In this document: one piece after another, positions 1 through 10,244 of the stretch
Position numbering within the stretch: the first letter of the stretch is position 1
Layout: each line of letters begins with the position of its first letter
Source: Candidatus Marinacidobacterales bacterium
GTDB taxonomy: Bacteria > Acidobacteriota > Vicinamibacteria > Marinacidobacterales > DATDRI01
Length of the DNA: 64,000 bases
NCBI GenBank assembly: GCA_965219415.1
Contig: CBDCNP010000002.1
Coordinates: 3,520,001 to 3,584,000, forward strand
Direction: 5' to 3'
Made by a program: the position numbers and the translations under genes
The notes under the pieces: model-generated
The model's database searches: none
What the model was told of the DNA's origin: nothing
The model's input: only the letters and a program-made list of their open reading frames with translations

Positions 1-86
1 CATTGCCTTCGGACTCGCGGCTTGATTCTTCTTTCGCGCCATCATCAGCTCCAATATTTCCTGGGTAGGTCTCCTCCGTCCTACGT

Positions 87-881
87 TCACGGAATTACAT
101 TTTTTTTAGCTTCCAGAAGCTTTGTCCAATCGTCGAAATACAGCTCCACGCGCTTCCGATCGTTCTTCGATACTGGATTGTGATGGGCCATCACGTTCCG
201 CGGGTGCTCCAACTGTTCTAGCATGTTCGTGATCCACGGACGGTCCGGGGAGATGACGGAGAAGCTCGACCAGTTTTTTTCGATGATCTGTCGCAAATCT
301 CTGAAATCTGAATAGTAGATATTGTGCGCGTTGCGTTTGCCGTGCCACGGCTTCTGCGATTCTTTCTGCTTCCTGTCAGAGACGTTCTTTTGCACGTGCC
401 CAGGAACGCACTCCATCCACCACGCCTTTCCAGAAGATTTCTCCAGTACCCTCGTTATGACGACGCGCATGGAATTTTCGAGAGCGTAGTAGACTGTATA
501 GAGCTTCGCCATCTCCTGAGCGTCTCGCGCGAGCGTCGTCGAGAGCACAACATCGACCTTAGGTATTTCACGAGGGAGAGTAATTGTCGCACTAGCGCTC
601 TTCGTTTTTTCCTTTGATTTCCGTCCGTGGGATCCTTGCGTCGCATTATTGCTACCACTGCGTATCAGACTACGCACATGGCTTACCTCAGCAGCGTCAA
701 GGTATTTGGTAAGATCTAGCCCTTCCTGATGTGCGATCACATAAGTCGCGTCGGCCGTTGTCATCGGACCATTTTGCGTCTTTACCTTTTTCACGCGTTG
801 TGACAGCCGTTGCTTCGTCACACCGAGGTAGGAGAGCAGCGCCTTTCGTAGATCGCTATTGGTTCTCATGATTTGGCGCAA
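87..881 (-). CDS. Swt1-like HEPN domain protein (putative RNase toxin/defence effector)
   Basis: C-terminal LENSMR...WW...DFRDLRQIIEKNW...RNVMAH with the HEPN RxxxxH motif. Confidence 0.75.
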   Translation of the reverse strand: MRQIMRTNSDLRKALLSYLGVTKQRLSQRVKKVKTQNGPMTTADATYVIAHQEGLDLTKYLDAAEVSHVRSLIRSGSNNATQGSHGRKSKEKTKSASATITLPREIPKVDVVLSTTLARDAQEMAKLYTVYYALENSMRVVITRVLEKSSGKAWWMECVPGHVQKNVSDRKQKESQKPWHGKRNAHNIYYSDFRDLRQIIEKNWSSFSVISPDRPWITNMLEQLEHPRNVMAHHNPVSKNDRKRVELYFDDWTKLLEAKKNVIP

Positions 882-905
882 ATACTTCGTAACTCACCTA
901 GCCAC

Positions 906-1160
906 CTAACCAACCGACCCGGCACCCGATTTAGGAGACCGCTTCCTTTTTTCGGCCTTGCGGATTCGAGAGACCGCTACCTGCACGGCGTTGGACGTCG
1001 TGCCCAACAGCTCGGCGATAAGCTTCGGCTTTAGCCCGACGGAGTGGAGCAGAGAAATTTTCTCGCGTTGCGTTTTGTCGCCGCACAACCCGTTGGCTAC
1101 CAATCGAATAAGGACGTCCAACTTCGCGTTGGTCTCGGCCGCAAGATCGCTCATCGTCAT
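906..1160 (-). CDS. small helix-turn-helix protein
   Basis: 84 aa; GLKPKLIAELLGTTSNAVQVAVSR HTH pattern; directly upstream of the HEPN gene. Confidence 0.7.
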   Translation of the reverse strand: MTMSDLAAETNAKLDVLIRLVANGLCGDKTQREKISLLHSVGLKPKLIAELLGTTSNAVQVAVSRIRKAEKRKRSPKSGAGSVG

Positions 1161-1376
1161 CTACCTTTCTTCTTGGGACGACGTTTTCTCGTGGTAACCG
1201 CCGTCACGTACTCCGTCTCTTTTTCAATCACTCGGTCGACTTCGGCCCGTGAAAACCCCATCTCAAAGAGTCTCTCTATTTTTTCGTCACGGTGTTGGCC
1301 CTTCACAATCCAGCATCAACAGGATGATTGCGTCCAGGCGGCGAGTAATGCCGTTCCATTTCGCATTCTCACTCAT
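1157..1376 (-). pseudogene. frameshifted paralogue of the adjacent small HTH protein
   Basis: Manual translation MSENAKWNGITRRLDAIILLML..., frameshift near 1300, then ...DEKIERLFEMGFSRAEVDRVIEK...KKGR*; stop overlaps the next ATG (ATGA). Confidence 0.5.
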
Positions 1377-1669
1377 GCTCGACCTCGCATTGTCTAGATA
1401 ATTCTCGTACGGATTTAAATGCTAGTCAAATCAACAATTATGGATTTGCCATTACACTACAGAGATGAGGCCCTTTCAGAGGTCGGAGGAAGGTATTGTC
1501 AAGTTTTCCACGGCCTGACGGCCACCCCGAATGAATGAAACGCGGTAGTCTCTGGAGGTGGCACCGGCTCAACACGACGCCTGAGGGAGCTCGGTTTTGA
1601 CGTCACTGCCCCAAAACGCTACACCCTGAGTTTCTTATTAGTTGAGGTGGTGACTGACAGAATGGTCCA

Positions 1670-1728
1670 ATGAAGACCGATGCGCCAAGCTACCACGGCT
1701 ATCGATTTCCACCGGAAATCATCAGCCA
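1670..1728 (+). pseudogene. IS6-family transposase N-terminal fragment
   Basis: MKTDAPSYHGYRFPPEIISQ, cut off by MITE B. Confidence 0.55.
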
Positions 1729-1893
1729 GGTGCTTCCGCCATTAAGTGTTGGTGAGATGACGCTAAGACCCTACGGTGCATTAAATTACAGCCAAAATAG
1801 CGCTCACGACCTTCGCTGCACGCTAAATGGGGCGTAAGTCTTTTTTTTCAAATGGATGCGTACACATCACCAACAGTAAACAGCGCAAGCACC
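1729..1893 (+). mobile_element. MITE B (IS256-type ends GGTGCTT...AAGCACC, about 165 bp)
   Basis: Full copies also at 21395-21560 and 60437-60602; partial copies at 8254, 31216 and 54401. Confidence 0.8.
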
Positions 1894-1946
1894 CGGTCGC
1901 CCAGCCGAGCACCAGTCCTGCGGCGCCACCGACCAGAGGAAACAGC

Positions 1947-2097
1947 CGTGAGGTCAAAATACTCATGCGGCTTCCCGATGGTAGAAACGGAGCAACCCGC
2001 CAAGCCGTTCACGCGAGCGCACCTTGCGCTCGGACTGAGGTAACTGGTCACTGGCTGGGAACAGCAGCAGATTCTCCTTGCCTTTATGATTCCTCTC
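1947..2097 (-). mobile_element. right end (type D, CGTGAGGTCAAAATACTC) plus C-terminus of an rve transposase
   Basis: Encodes ...RERLGGLLRFYHREAA*; near-identical to 47993-48143. Confidence 0.75.
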
Positions 2098-2294
2098 GGG
2101 TTGACCCAGCCAGCCAGAACGAGCAGTAGGAACTGCACGTAGTACGTCATCATAGATCTGACGACAACACCATCGAGACAGACGATTGTAAAGCCTACAG
2201 CCCTTTCGACTTTCTCATTGATTCGAGACAGGTCCGCCGCAGACACGACGATCTCGTGCGGCACGTCCGCCACTTTCGCCCTCACGACCGAGCC

Positions 2295-2545
2295 CGTCCT
2301 GTGCCAAAACTCGGCCCTTTTAAAATAGGCCATAAATCAGCAACTTAGTGTCTGTGTTTGCGACCGGGCCAAGGGCCGTGGGCTTTACAATCGTCTTGGG
2401 CGGGCGGGTCGTCACCATGCAGATGACCACCTAGTCGAGAGCGAATATCGAAGCGCGAACAAACGACGAAATCATGTAGGCATGGTCCCGGCAGACCGGA
2501 GACCGATCAAGTTCGGGGCGCGCGGATGAAGAAATAGAAGGCACA
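2295..2545. mobile_element. MITE A, internally deleted rve element (CGTCCTGTGCCAAAACTCGGC...TAGAAGGCACA)
   Basis: Two-ended relatives at 20160-20307, 20539-20716, 35606-35753 and 44178-44324; partial tandem copy at 2675-2836. Confidence 0.8.
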
Positions 2546-2904
2546 GGGATCTCAACCTGACTCGAATGCCCCCCCATGTGTTGCTCGTGACTTTTCCCTG
2601 TTCTTCCAGAGCAATTCCCTGTTCAGTGATCTTAAATTCCCTGTTCTTTGGGAACAGGGAATGTCCACCTAACCCGTCCTGTGCCAAAACTCGGCCCTTT
2701 TGAAATAGGCCATAAATCAGCAACTTAGTGTCTGTGTTTGCGACCGGGCCAAGGGCCGTGAGCTTTACAATCGTCTTGGGCGGGCGGGTCGTCACCATGC
2801 AGATGACCACCTAGTCGAGAGCGAATATCGAAGCGTGTGCCTGAAGCTGTTTCCACGCTACGCCGGCAGAGCGCACCGAGGGACTACCGTCGCCAGCAAA
2901 CCAT

Positions 2905-3235
2905 CTACGCGGCACGGCAGTAGTAGTTGAGAATGCCTCCAAGTCGCTCTCGCGACACGATGGGGCCAGTGTCATTCGCGCTTGCCGGCAGAGGTGTGAG
3001 GAACTCGTTGCCGAGACCTTGGTGGTTCCGTTCTGTGTGATAGTGCACTACGTATTCGGTTATCGCTGTCCGCAGGTGTCGCTCGCTGAGAGGTACGAGG
3101 CGGTCGAGACACTCTCGACGTATGGAGAGAACGAATCTTTCCGCGTATGCGTTCAGATTCGGACTATTGGCGGGAAGGCGGAGGGACTTCACGCCTGAAT
3201 CTCTCAACAGCCCACGTACTGCCTCGGTGAATAGC
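2905..3235 (-). pseudogene. rve integrase-core transposase C-terminal fragment
   Basis: [20 protein letters not shown]...ERNHQGLGN...[12 protein letters not shown]; cut by an element R end at 3236. Confidence 0.8.
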
Positions 3236-3396
3236 TGTCCATCATCATTATTTATCCGGGACTGGACTCTAGGCTCGGACCGCCCTCAAGCACATGCTGG
3301 AGAGCGTGGTCAGCGCGCGAGGGAAGGTGCTGAGGACGAACTTCTCGGCGACCAGCCGAGTAACGCGAGCGAAGCCGTACAGCAGCCGGAGCGAAG

Positions 3397-4796
3397 GGTG
3401 ATGTCTTAAGATTCCTGTCAAAGAAAAACGATGTATGGTTCCCCAAGCTCAAACCCGTCCCCGTCATGGGGACAGAAAAGGAGAACCATACATCATGGGA
3501 AAGGTACTACCGAGTCAGCGATTGCTCAAGCAGTTCGAGGAACAACTGGTATTTGGGGAGATGAATCTCTCGGAGATCGTCCGGTCGGGAGCTCAGATGA
3601 TGCTTCAATATGCGTTGGAGCGCGAGGTGACGGAGGCGTTGGGTCGAAACTACTATGAGAACGCTCCGGCAACGACGAAGGAGAAGGGACGACGCAACGG
3701 GTATGAGTCGCATCGGGTCCTCACGGGCGAGGGAGCGGTGACGGTGCAAGTGCCGCGGGTACGAGAAACAGAGAAGGTGTTTCAGTCAAAGATTCTCGAC
3801 GCCTACGTGAGCCGGACCGAGAAACTCGATGAACTGATCGCGCGGATGTACGTCCACGGGATGTCGACGCGTGACATTGAGGCGACGTTCGCGGACGTGC
3901 TGAGCGGCACGGGTGTCTCGAAGTCGGTGGTGAGCCGGGTCACACGGTGTCTGTCGGAGGATTTCGAGGCGTTTCGAAAACGGGATCTCTCGAACGAGAA
4001 GCTGTTGTATCTCGAGCTCGACGGCACGTACCTGCGCTACCACCAAGGAGCGGAGAGGAAAGAGCCCATCCTCGTTGCGACCGGCTATCGCGCTGATGGG
4101 ACGCGAGTTCTTCTTCATATCGGTGTCGGCAACCGAGAATCCTACGAGAACTGGAAGGGGTTCTTGCAGGAGATAGTGGCCCGAGGAATGAGGGAGCCGT
4201 TGCTCATCGTGACGGACGGGAATCCTGGAGTGCTCAAAGCGATCGCAGAGGTCTTCCCTCGAAGCCTCAAGCAACGTTGCCAGAAGCACCGCCTCGAGAA
4301 CATCCTGGGCAAGGCTCCGAAGGAAGTGCGCGACGAACTCAAGGCGGCCATCCTTGAGTCGTTCCATGCGAACAGCTACGAGCAAGGGCTGAAGAAGGGT
4401 CGGGAGGTGATCGCTCGGTACCGTCAACGATTCCCGAGCGCGATGAAGTGCATGGAAGAGACCCTCGAAGCATGTCTTCAGGCGCTACGCCTTCCTGCGG
4501 CGCATCACAAAAGGCTTCGCACGTCGAATCTACTTGAGCGCACGTTCGGAGAGCACAAACGTCGCACAAAGGTCATTCCTCACTTCTTCACCGAGGAGGC
4601 CGCGATGAAACTCTCGTTCGCTGTGCTCTTGGCCGCCGCAAACAAATGGCGCGGCGTGAGGATGGATGTCTTCGCCGCTAGGAAAGTCGAGGAGCTTCGC
4701 AACGAGCTTCTCCCGCAAGGCACGTCGGAGGAATCAGCAGCTTAACCGAGCGCGGGGAACCGTACGGAGATTTGACAGGAAAATTAAGACTTGACC
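3397..4796 (+). mobile_element. IS256-family insertion sequence, complete
   Basis: 26-bp imperfect TIRs (GGTGATGTCTTAAGATTCCTGTCAAA / GGTCAAGTCTTAATTTTCCTGTCAAA); 8-bp TSD GAGCGAAG at 3389-3396 and 4797-4804. Confidence 0.92.
3435..4745 (+). CDS. IS256-family (Mutator-type) DDE transposase
   Basis: RNGY, VPRVR, GMSTRDI, LDG, TDG, QRCQKH and TSNLLER motifs; true start possibly MGKV at about 3495. Confidence 0.92.
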   Translation: MVPQAQTRPRHGDRKGEPYIMGKVLPSQRLLKQFEEQLVFGEMNLSEIVRSGAQMMLQYALEREVTEALGRNYYENAPATTKEKGRRNGYESHRVLTGEGAVTVQVPRVRETEKVFQSKILDAYVSRTEKLDELIARMYVHGMSTRDIEATFADVLSGTGVSKSVVSRVTRCLSEDFEAFRKRDLSNEKLLYLELDGTYLRYHQGAERKEPILVATGYRADGTRVLLHIGVGNRESYENWKGFLQEIVARGMREPLLIVTDGNPGVLKAIAEVFPRSLKQRCQKHRLENILGKAPKEVRDELKAAILESFHANSYEQGLKKGREVIARYRQRFPSAMKCMEETLEACLQALRLPAAHHKRLRTSNLLERTFGEHKRRTKVIPHFFTEEAAMKLSFAVLLAAANKWRGVRMDVFAARKVEELRNELLPQGTSEESAA

Positions 4797-5077
4797 GAGC
4801 GAAGCGGTGGGCACGGTGAACAGATCCATGGCGGCGATATCGTCTTTATGGTTGCGCAAGAAAGCCATCCATCGCTTCAGCTGATCGGGCTCCGCGGGAT
4901 GCCGCGGCAGGTATCGCGACACCGTAATCTCGGAGATGATGAAACCGAGCTTGGTGAGTTCAGCATGGATGCGTGGCGCCCCCCAGCCGTCTTGCGCCAT
5001 CGTGCGGACGAGGCGGCGAATCTCGGCATCAATCCGAGGCCGACCGGGATGGCAGCGCTGCGACATCTTTGCCCAGT

Positions 5078-6362
5078 TGTCCATCATCATTATTCGTCCG
5101 GGACTGGACTCTAGGCCCGGACCGCCCTTGAGCACATGCTGGAGAGCGTGGTCAGCGCGCGAGGGAAAGTGCTGAGGACGAACTTCTCGGCGACCAGCCG
5201 AGTAACGCGAGCGACCAAGCTGACTCAGGCTGCCTCTCGCCACTCGTATCGATGGTGCAATCCACCGACTCGCGGCAGTGCGACGACTTTCGCCGTAGGA
5301 GACGGTCGGTGCGTGACCGCTCTCAAGCTCGGTGTGTCCTTGTTCAGCCCCAAGTGGCAACGGTCCTCGTGATAGTAGCTGATGTAAGCTCGCACGAGCC
5401 GGATGAGATGACATGCGCCGAGAACCACGACGTGCTCAAGGAGCTCGCGACGGCAGCTGCCGACCCACCGCTCCGCGGTTCCGTTTTGCCATGGGCTGCG
5501 AAACGAAGTGCGAACGGGTTTTGTGCCCGTTGCTTTGATGAACTCGATGACCGCAGCGCTAAAGATGAAGTCGCGATCGAAGATGAGATATTTCGGAGCG
5601 GTGTCGTAGGGAAACGCCTCACGCAGTTGCTGAATAACCCAAGCAGACGTCGGGTGGAACGTGGCGTTGAAGTGAACGATGTGCCGACGGCCGTGCTCGA
5701 TGACGAAGAAGCCGTACAGCAGCCGGAGCGAAGCGGTGGGCACGGTGAACAGATCCATAGCGGCGATATCGTCTTTATGGTTGCGCAGGAAAGCCATCCA
5801 TCGCTTCAGCTGGTCGGGCTCCGCGGGACGCCGCGGCAGGTATCGCGACACCGTAATCTCGGAGATGATGAAACCGAGCTTGGTGAGCTCAGCATGGATG
5901 CGTGGCGCCCCCCAGCCGTCTTGCGCCATCGTGCGGACGAGGCGACGAATCTCGGCATCAATCCGAGGTCGACCGGGATGGCGGCGCTGCGAGATCTTTG
6001 CCCAGTACCGTCGGAATCGGTCGCGATGCCAACGGGCCACGGTGTCCGCGTGGACGATGAGCAGGCGGCTCGTCCACACGGGCCACGAACCTCGAAGGGC
6101 AACCCAGAAAGCCCGTTCCGTGTCGTCGAGCGGTGGGCGTGGGCGCTCTTTCTTCAGCGCCGTCACTTGCTGCCGCAAAGCGACGTTCTCCAACACCAGG
6201 TCGGCGCGGCGCCGACACATCGCCCGAATGACACGGACGCCAAGTGAGACGAAGAAGACAACAACGTTGAGCATAGCGGCGGAGTTTCGCCGTCTTCGGC
6301 CCGGAATTCAAGCGGAGCGTAAGTCCTTGATTTCGTGGGCGGAGCAGTATTGACGATGCACA
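5078..6362 (-). mobile_element. rve element R copy 1 (1285 bp, TGT...ACA imperfect TIRs)
   Basis: Ends TGTGCATCGTCAA / TGTCCATCATCAT; near-identical to 28327-29611 and 48273-49558; no TSD. Confidence 0.9.
5225..6274 (-). CDS. integrase-core (rve) DDE transposase, IS481/IS3-like
   Basis: WGAPRIHAEL, AMDLFTV, IFDRD, SPWQNGTAERW and GGLHHRYEW motifs. Confidence 0.9.
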   Translation of the reverse strand: MLNVVVFFVSLGVRVIRAMCRRRADLVLENVALRQQVTALKKERPRPPLDDTERAFWVALRGSWPVWTSRLLIVHADTVARWHRDRFRRYWAKISQRRHPGRPRIDAEIRRLVRTMAQDGWGAPRIHAELTKLGFIISEITVSRYLPRRPAEPDQLKRWMAFLRNHKDDIAAMDLFTVPTASLRLLYGFFVIEHGRRHIVHFNATFHPTSAWVIQQLREAFPYDTAPKYLIFDRDFIFSAAVIEFIKATGTKPVRTSFRSPWQNGTAERWVGSCRRELLEHVVVLGACHLIRLVRAYISYYHEDRCHLGLNKDTPSLRAVTHRPSPTAKVVALPRVGGLHHRYEWREAA

Positions 6363-6715
6363 GCCGAATTTTGGCACAGGATGGGATCGAGGCGAGGGTT
6401 GCCGGGAGGCCGACCACGCCAGATCCGTAGCTAGACGACGGCCGCGTCGATGCTGACAGGGCCGGGACTGCCGATCAGGATGAGCTTCGAGAGACATTCC
6501 TCTTTGACGGACTTCACCCAGCGCTCCGCGAACGAGGTCCAATCCGGGCTCCGTGCTGGCAGCTTGACGGGCACGACGCTAACTGCTTGTGCCTTCTATT
6601 TATTCATCCGCGCGCAGCATCTTGCTGACATAGTGGCGGGATCTAGCGGGTAACGCGCTGCCTCTCTCGTGTCCAACTTCCCTGCTTCCCGAAAAAATTT
6701 AGGAGAAATGATCTC

Positions 6716-8230
6716 GTGGGTCACTCAAATGAGAATACGCAATTTTGGCTCGCGTTGCTGACTTACCCGGGCGACGCCCAACAAAGAACACGATACTGGA
6801 ACGGTTACCTTGCGTGGAAATTGCCGAGTGACTTCCGGTACAAAGTCCGTAACGTTGGTAATCCTCCTTTCAATCGGTTCTTTCCGGCCGCACCTTTGCA
6901 GTTAGCGGAAGACGAGAAGTCCGCACTCGATGCACTTGCCAATAAGTTCGGCGGACATCCTCCATTTCCGAACAGGTCCAACGGAGTACCGGCCCGATAC
7001 ATGGATTTCTCCGACCACACGTTCGACGACGACGTATGTTTTGCTGGCCGGATTTTGATCAAAGCTAGCTTTAAGGACGCCACGTTCGACTGTCTCTCCA
7101 ACTTCCGCAATGTAACATTTGTAGATACAGCAGACTTTGAGCGAGCAACGTTTAGGCATTGCACTCGTTTCGATAGCGTCACATTCGAAAAGTCCGTCTA
7201 TTTCAATGCTGCGACATTCAAGGAAACCACCGTGTTCGACGGATCCGTATTCAGGGATGCAGCGTATTTTGCTGGATCGTATTTCCTACCCATCCCCGGC
7301 ATACAAAGACACCGGGCCGGTGCGGTGGGTTTTCGGAATACTGTTTTCACACGCGATGCAAGTTTTGAGGGAACCCAATTTGACGTGCCAAGCAATTTCG
7401 AAGGTGCAAAATTCCAAGGAAATGCCAACTTCAAGACTTGTCTATTCCGAAAGAGCGCAGATTTTCAGAGAGCAGTATTCGAACGTCCTTCCGACTTCTC
7501 TGCCGCACGGTTCGAGCAGATTGCAAATTTCAATAACGCTAGGTTCAAAACTACTACATATTTCTGCGATTCATTATTTCTGCAGCCACCAAAATTTTTC
7601 GAGACTAATCTCCATGAAGATACAGATTTTAGCGGCGTAGACTGGCGCAAGGCGGAATCATGTTATGCAGTGTCATGGTGGTCGAAGAATATTTTTCGCC
7701 GCACTAAAGAAGGAACTATATCGGATGTCGTCGATGCTAGCAAAGCGATGCAAGCCTGGGATCGATTGGCACTAATCATGAGCAAGGTCGAAAAACCGCC
7801 AGAAAAACATGATTTCTACAGACTTCGAATGCGCGCGCAGAGAAAACGGGATGGGTGGAGTGTTTTGTCTCTAGCCAACTGGTTGTTTGATGTTTCGTGC
7901 GACTACGGTTGGAACATGCGAGGCGCATTGATTGGGTGGGCAGGGCACTACATCATTATTGGGCTATTACTTTTTAGTCAGGCTGGCCCCGGGTACGAAA
8001 CGTGCGGAGCGGTGTTGTGGGATTGTCTACTAATCAGTTTTTCGAACGCCCACGCGTTTTTCGGCCTAACCTCGGCCGGCGGATATTTGTACAATTCGCG
8101 GGAGTGCGTAGTCGCTGCGCTTCACAATAGTGCCCTTCTGAATACATGGGGTGCAATTCAGACTATCACGGGCCCCATTTTCCTTTTTCTGCTCTTGTTG
8201 ACCATACGTAATCGTTTTCGTCTGCGTTAA
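6716..8230 (+). CDS. pentapeptide-repeat protein with C-terminal membrane segments
   Basis: Many AxFxxAxF repeats; hydrophobic C-terminal helices after DYGW; lower GC than the flanks. Confidence 0.8.
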   Translation: MGHSNENTQFWLALLTYPGDAQQRTRYWNGYLAWKLPSDFRYKVRNVGNPPFNRFFPAAPLQLAEDEKSALDALANKFGGHPPFPNRSNGVPARYMDFSDHTFDDDVCFAGRILIKASFKDATFDCLSNFRNVTFVDTADFERATFRHCTRFDSVTFEKSVYFNAATFKETTVFDGSVFRDAAYFAGSYFLPIPGIQRHRAGAVGFRNTVFTRDASFEGTQFDVPSNFEGAKFQGNANFKTCLFRKSADFQRAVFERPSDFSAARFEQIANFNNARFKTTTYFCDSLFLQPPKFFETNLHEDTDFSGVDWRKAESCYAVSWWSKNIFRRTKEGTISDVVDASKAMQAWDRLALIMSKVEKPPEKHDFYRLRMRAQRKRDGWSVLSLANWLFDVSCDYGWNMRGALIGWAGHYIIIGLLLFSQAGPGYETCGAVLWDCLLISFSNAHAFFGLTSAGGYLYNSRECVVAALHNSALLNTWGAIQTITGPIFLFLLLLTIRNRFRLR

Positions 8231-8820
8231 CTAGCTTGTCTAGATCTATTAATGGTGCTTGCGCTATTTGCTGTTGGTGATGTGTACGCATTCCCTTTGC
8301 AGATACCGGTGGGCTCGTCGGGTCGACCGGCATGAAGCAGCCGCGTCGTGTGCGAAAATTCGAACTGAGCCGAAAGCCCACATTCTGGAGGCGTTCTTTG
8401 AAATCCGCGGGGACCCCGTCCTGTGCCAAAACTCGGCCCTTTTGAAATAGACTATAAATCAGCAGCTTAGTATCTGTGTTTGCGACCGGACCAAGGAGGG
8501 TAGCTCTGCTCAATGGTTGTTGCAGGTCCCACCGTCCACGCCGCGTCAACTGCTCGCTTGTAACGTTACCAGTGGATCAAGTTTTGGCACAGGACGGGGT
8601 ATAGCCGCGCTCCATCTTTGGATCCAGCCGCAGCCCGTTACGGGTGAGGAGTAGGGTTGGAGTCGTTCGACCCAAGAGGCTGAGAAATTTGTAAGTCACT
8701 AGCCAGTGTGGTAGCGATCATCAGACGGGCCCGAGCTAGCTCCCTGGGGTAATAGTCCTTGTGCGGCTCCATACTTAGAAGGTGATACCACTCGTGGGGG
8801 GTGCGGAGACAGGAGCAGGG

Positions 8821-8919
8821 ATGGACCTCGGTGAACGCGTCAAGGTGACTGGAATGAATGGGCTCGTCCTCCGAGTGAAGCCCTTTTCGGGGGACTCGAC
8901 GGAATCAGAAAAGGAGTGA
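8821..8919 (+). pseudogene. C-terminal fragment of an NfeD-family protein
   Basis: DLGERVKVTGMNGLVLRVKP tail ending just before the slipin gene, the usual nfeD-slipin order. Confidence 0.5.
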
Positions 8920-8922
8920 GCG

Positions 8923-9693
8923 ATGTTTGGGCTACCGTTGGGTTGGTTTATTGGTCTTATTCTTCTCGCAATCTTTTTCCTCAATTGGATCAAGGTTCTC
9001 AACGAGTACGAGCGAGGAGTCATCTTTCGCTTCGGGAAGCTCCTGCCCTATCCCAAGGGGCCGGGACTCATCTTCGTCTTCAGCCCGATCGATCGCATGG
9101 TGAAGATGAGTCTCCGACTGGTGGCTCTCGACGTGCCGCCCCAGGATGTGATCACTCGCGACAACGTTTCGGTGAAGGTAAACGCGGTGGTTTTCTTCCG
9201 TGTCGTTCATCCGATCAAGGCGGTGGTCGAGGTGGAGAACTTTCTCCATGCAACTTCTCAGCTTGCGCAAACGACGCTCCGCAGCGTCCTCGGTCAAGTG
9301 GAGCTCGATGATCTTCTATCCGAACGTGAGCGGCTCAACATGCAGCTCCAGGATCTCCTGGACAAACACACCGACCCGTGGGGCATCAAAGTCACCTCCG
9401 TCGAGGTCAAGCACGTCGACCTACCGGCCGAAATGACGCGTGCGCTGGCCAAGCAGGCGGAGGCGGAACGGGAGAAGCGAGCCAAGATCATCCACGCCGA
9501 CGGTGAGTTCGAAGCCTCGGATAAGTTGGCGGCGGCGGCGAAGGTCGTCGGCCAACACCCGATGGGGATCCAGCTACGCTATCTACAGATTCTTACCGAG
9601 ATCGCAACCGAAAAGAACTCGACGCTCGTATTCCCACTTCCGATCGAGCTGATGCAGGAGTTCTTGAATCCGGTCAAGGGCGGCTCTTCGTAA
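8923..9693 (+). CDS. SPFH/band 7 (slipin/stomatin) protein
   Basis: [48 protein letters not shown]. Confidence 0.95.
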   Translation: MFGLPLGWFIGLILLAIFFLNWIKVLNEYERGVIFRFGKLLPYPKGPGLIFVFSPIDRMVKMSLRLVALDVPPQDVITRDNVSVKVNAVVFFRVVHPIKAVVEVENFLHATSQLAQTTLRSVLGQVELDDLLSERERLNMQLQDLLDKHTDPWGIKVTSVEVKHVDLPAEMTRALAKQAEAEREKRAKIIHADGEFEASDKLAAAAKVVGQHPMGIQLRYLQILTEIATEKNSTLVFPLPIELMQEFLNPVKGGSS

Positions 9694-9934
9694 GAGGGAC
9701 TTGGACACGACGGGGTCAACCGCCAGGGTGCCAACACTTGATTGCAGGAGCACCCGAACAGGGCGAATCCGACGAGCATCCACAGTTGGTTGGCGTGAGG
9801 CCGTCGCCCCTCGCTGCCTCCTGCACTCAGGTGCCCCAGCCCTTTCTTCGGCAGGCGCCCGACGTGCTCTCCATGCGACCACAGACATCGCGTGGACTCT
9901 TTACAATCTGCCTATCATATAATGTAGACCATCC

Positions 9935-10063
9935 ATGGCAGCCAGTGAGACTGCGAGACAACGAACCATAGGTCTACGGCCTGAAGACCACTACCTAGCC
10001 CGAATCAAGCGTCTCCGAGCCCGCCTTGGCCTTACGCAGGCCGCCCTTGGCCGAGACGGTTAG
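9935..10063 (+). pseudogene. XRE-type HTH fragment
   Basis: Manual translation ...YLARIKRLRARLGLTQAAL, then the frame is lost. Confidence 0.4.
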
Positions 10064-10244
10064 TGATGGGTCCCACTGAGCGAATCACAAAGCGAGCAGA
10101 CGGCGGCTGGAAATAACTGATGCTCTACCTCGACTCCGCGGTCTACCTGGACGTGCGGACAGAAGCCCGGGGCGCGGGGTGTCCCCACCAAGATTGCCGG
10201 CGTGGCCTCTCTCTGAAAGAGGCTCGGCAGATGAGGCGTGCTAA

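Larger units (their letters stand above)
3236..5077 (-). mobile_element. degenerate copy of rve element R, internally deleted and interrupted by IS256
   Basis: Right end TGTCCATCATCATTAT at 3236; coding fragments at about 3371-3396 and 4797-5077 match the 349-aa transposase gene. Confidence 0.75.

Noticed and set aside
2472-2810. Short ORFs containing YFKRAEFWHRT or RVLAQDG (many places)
   Set aside because: They are translations of the MITE A end, not real proteins.
5252-6247. 331-aa ORF antisense to the rve transposase (also 48448-49443) and other long shadow ORFs
   Set aside because: Expected on the opposite strand of GC-rich genes; the equivalent frame is broken by a stop in copy 2.
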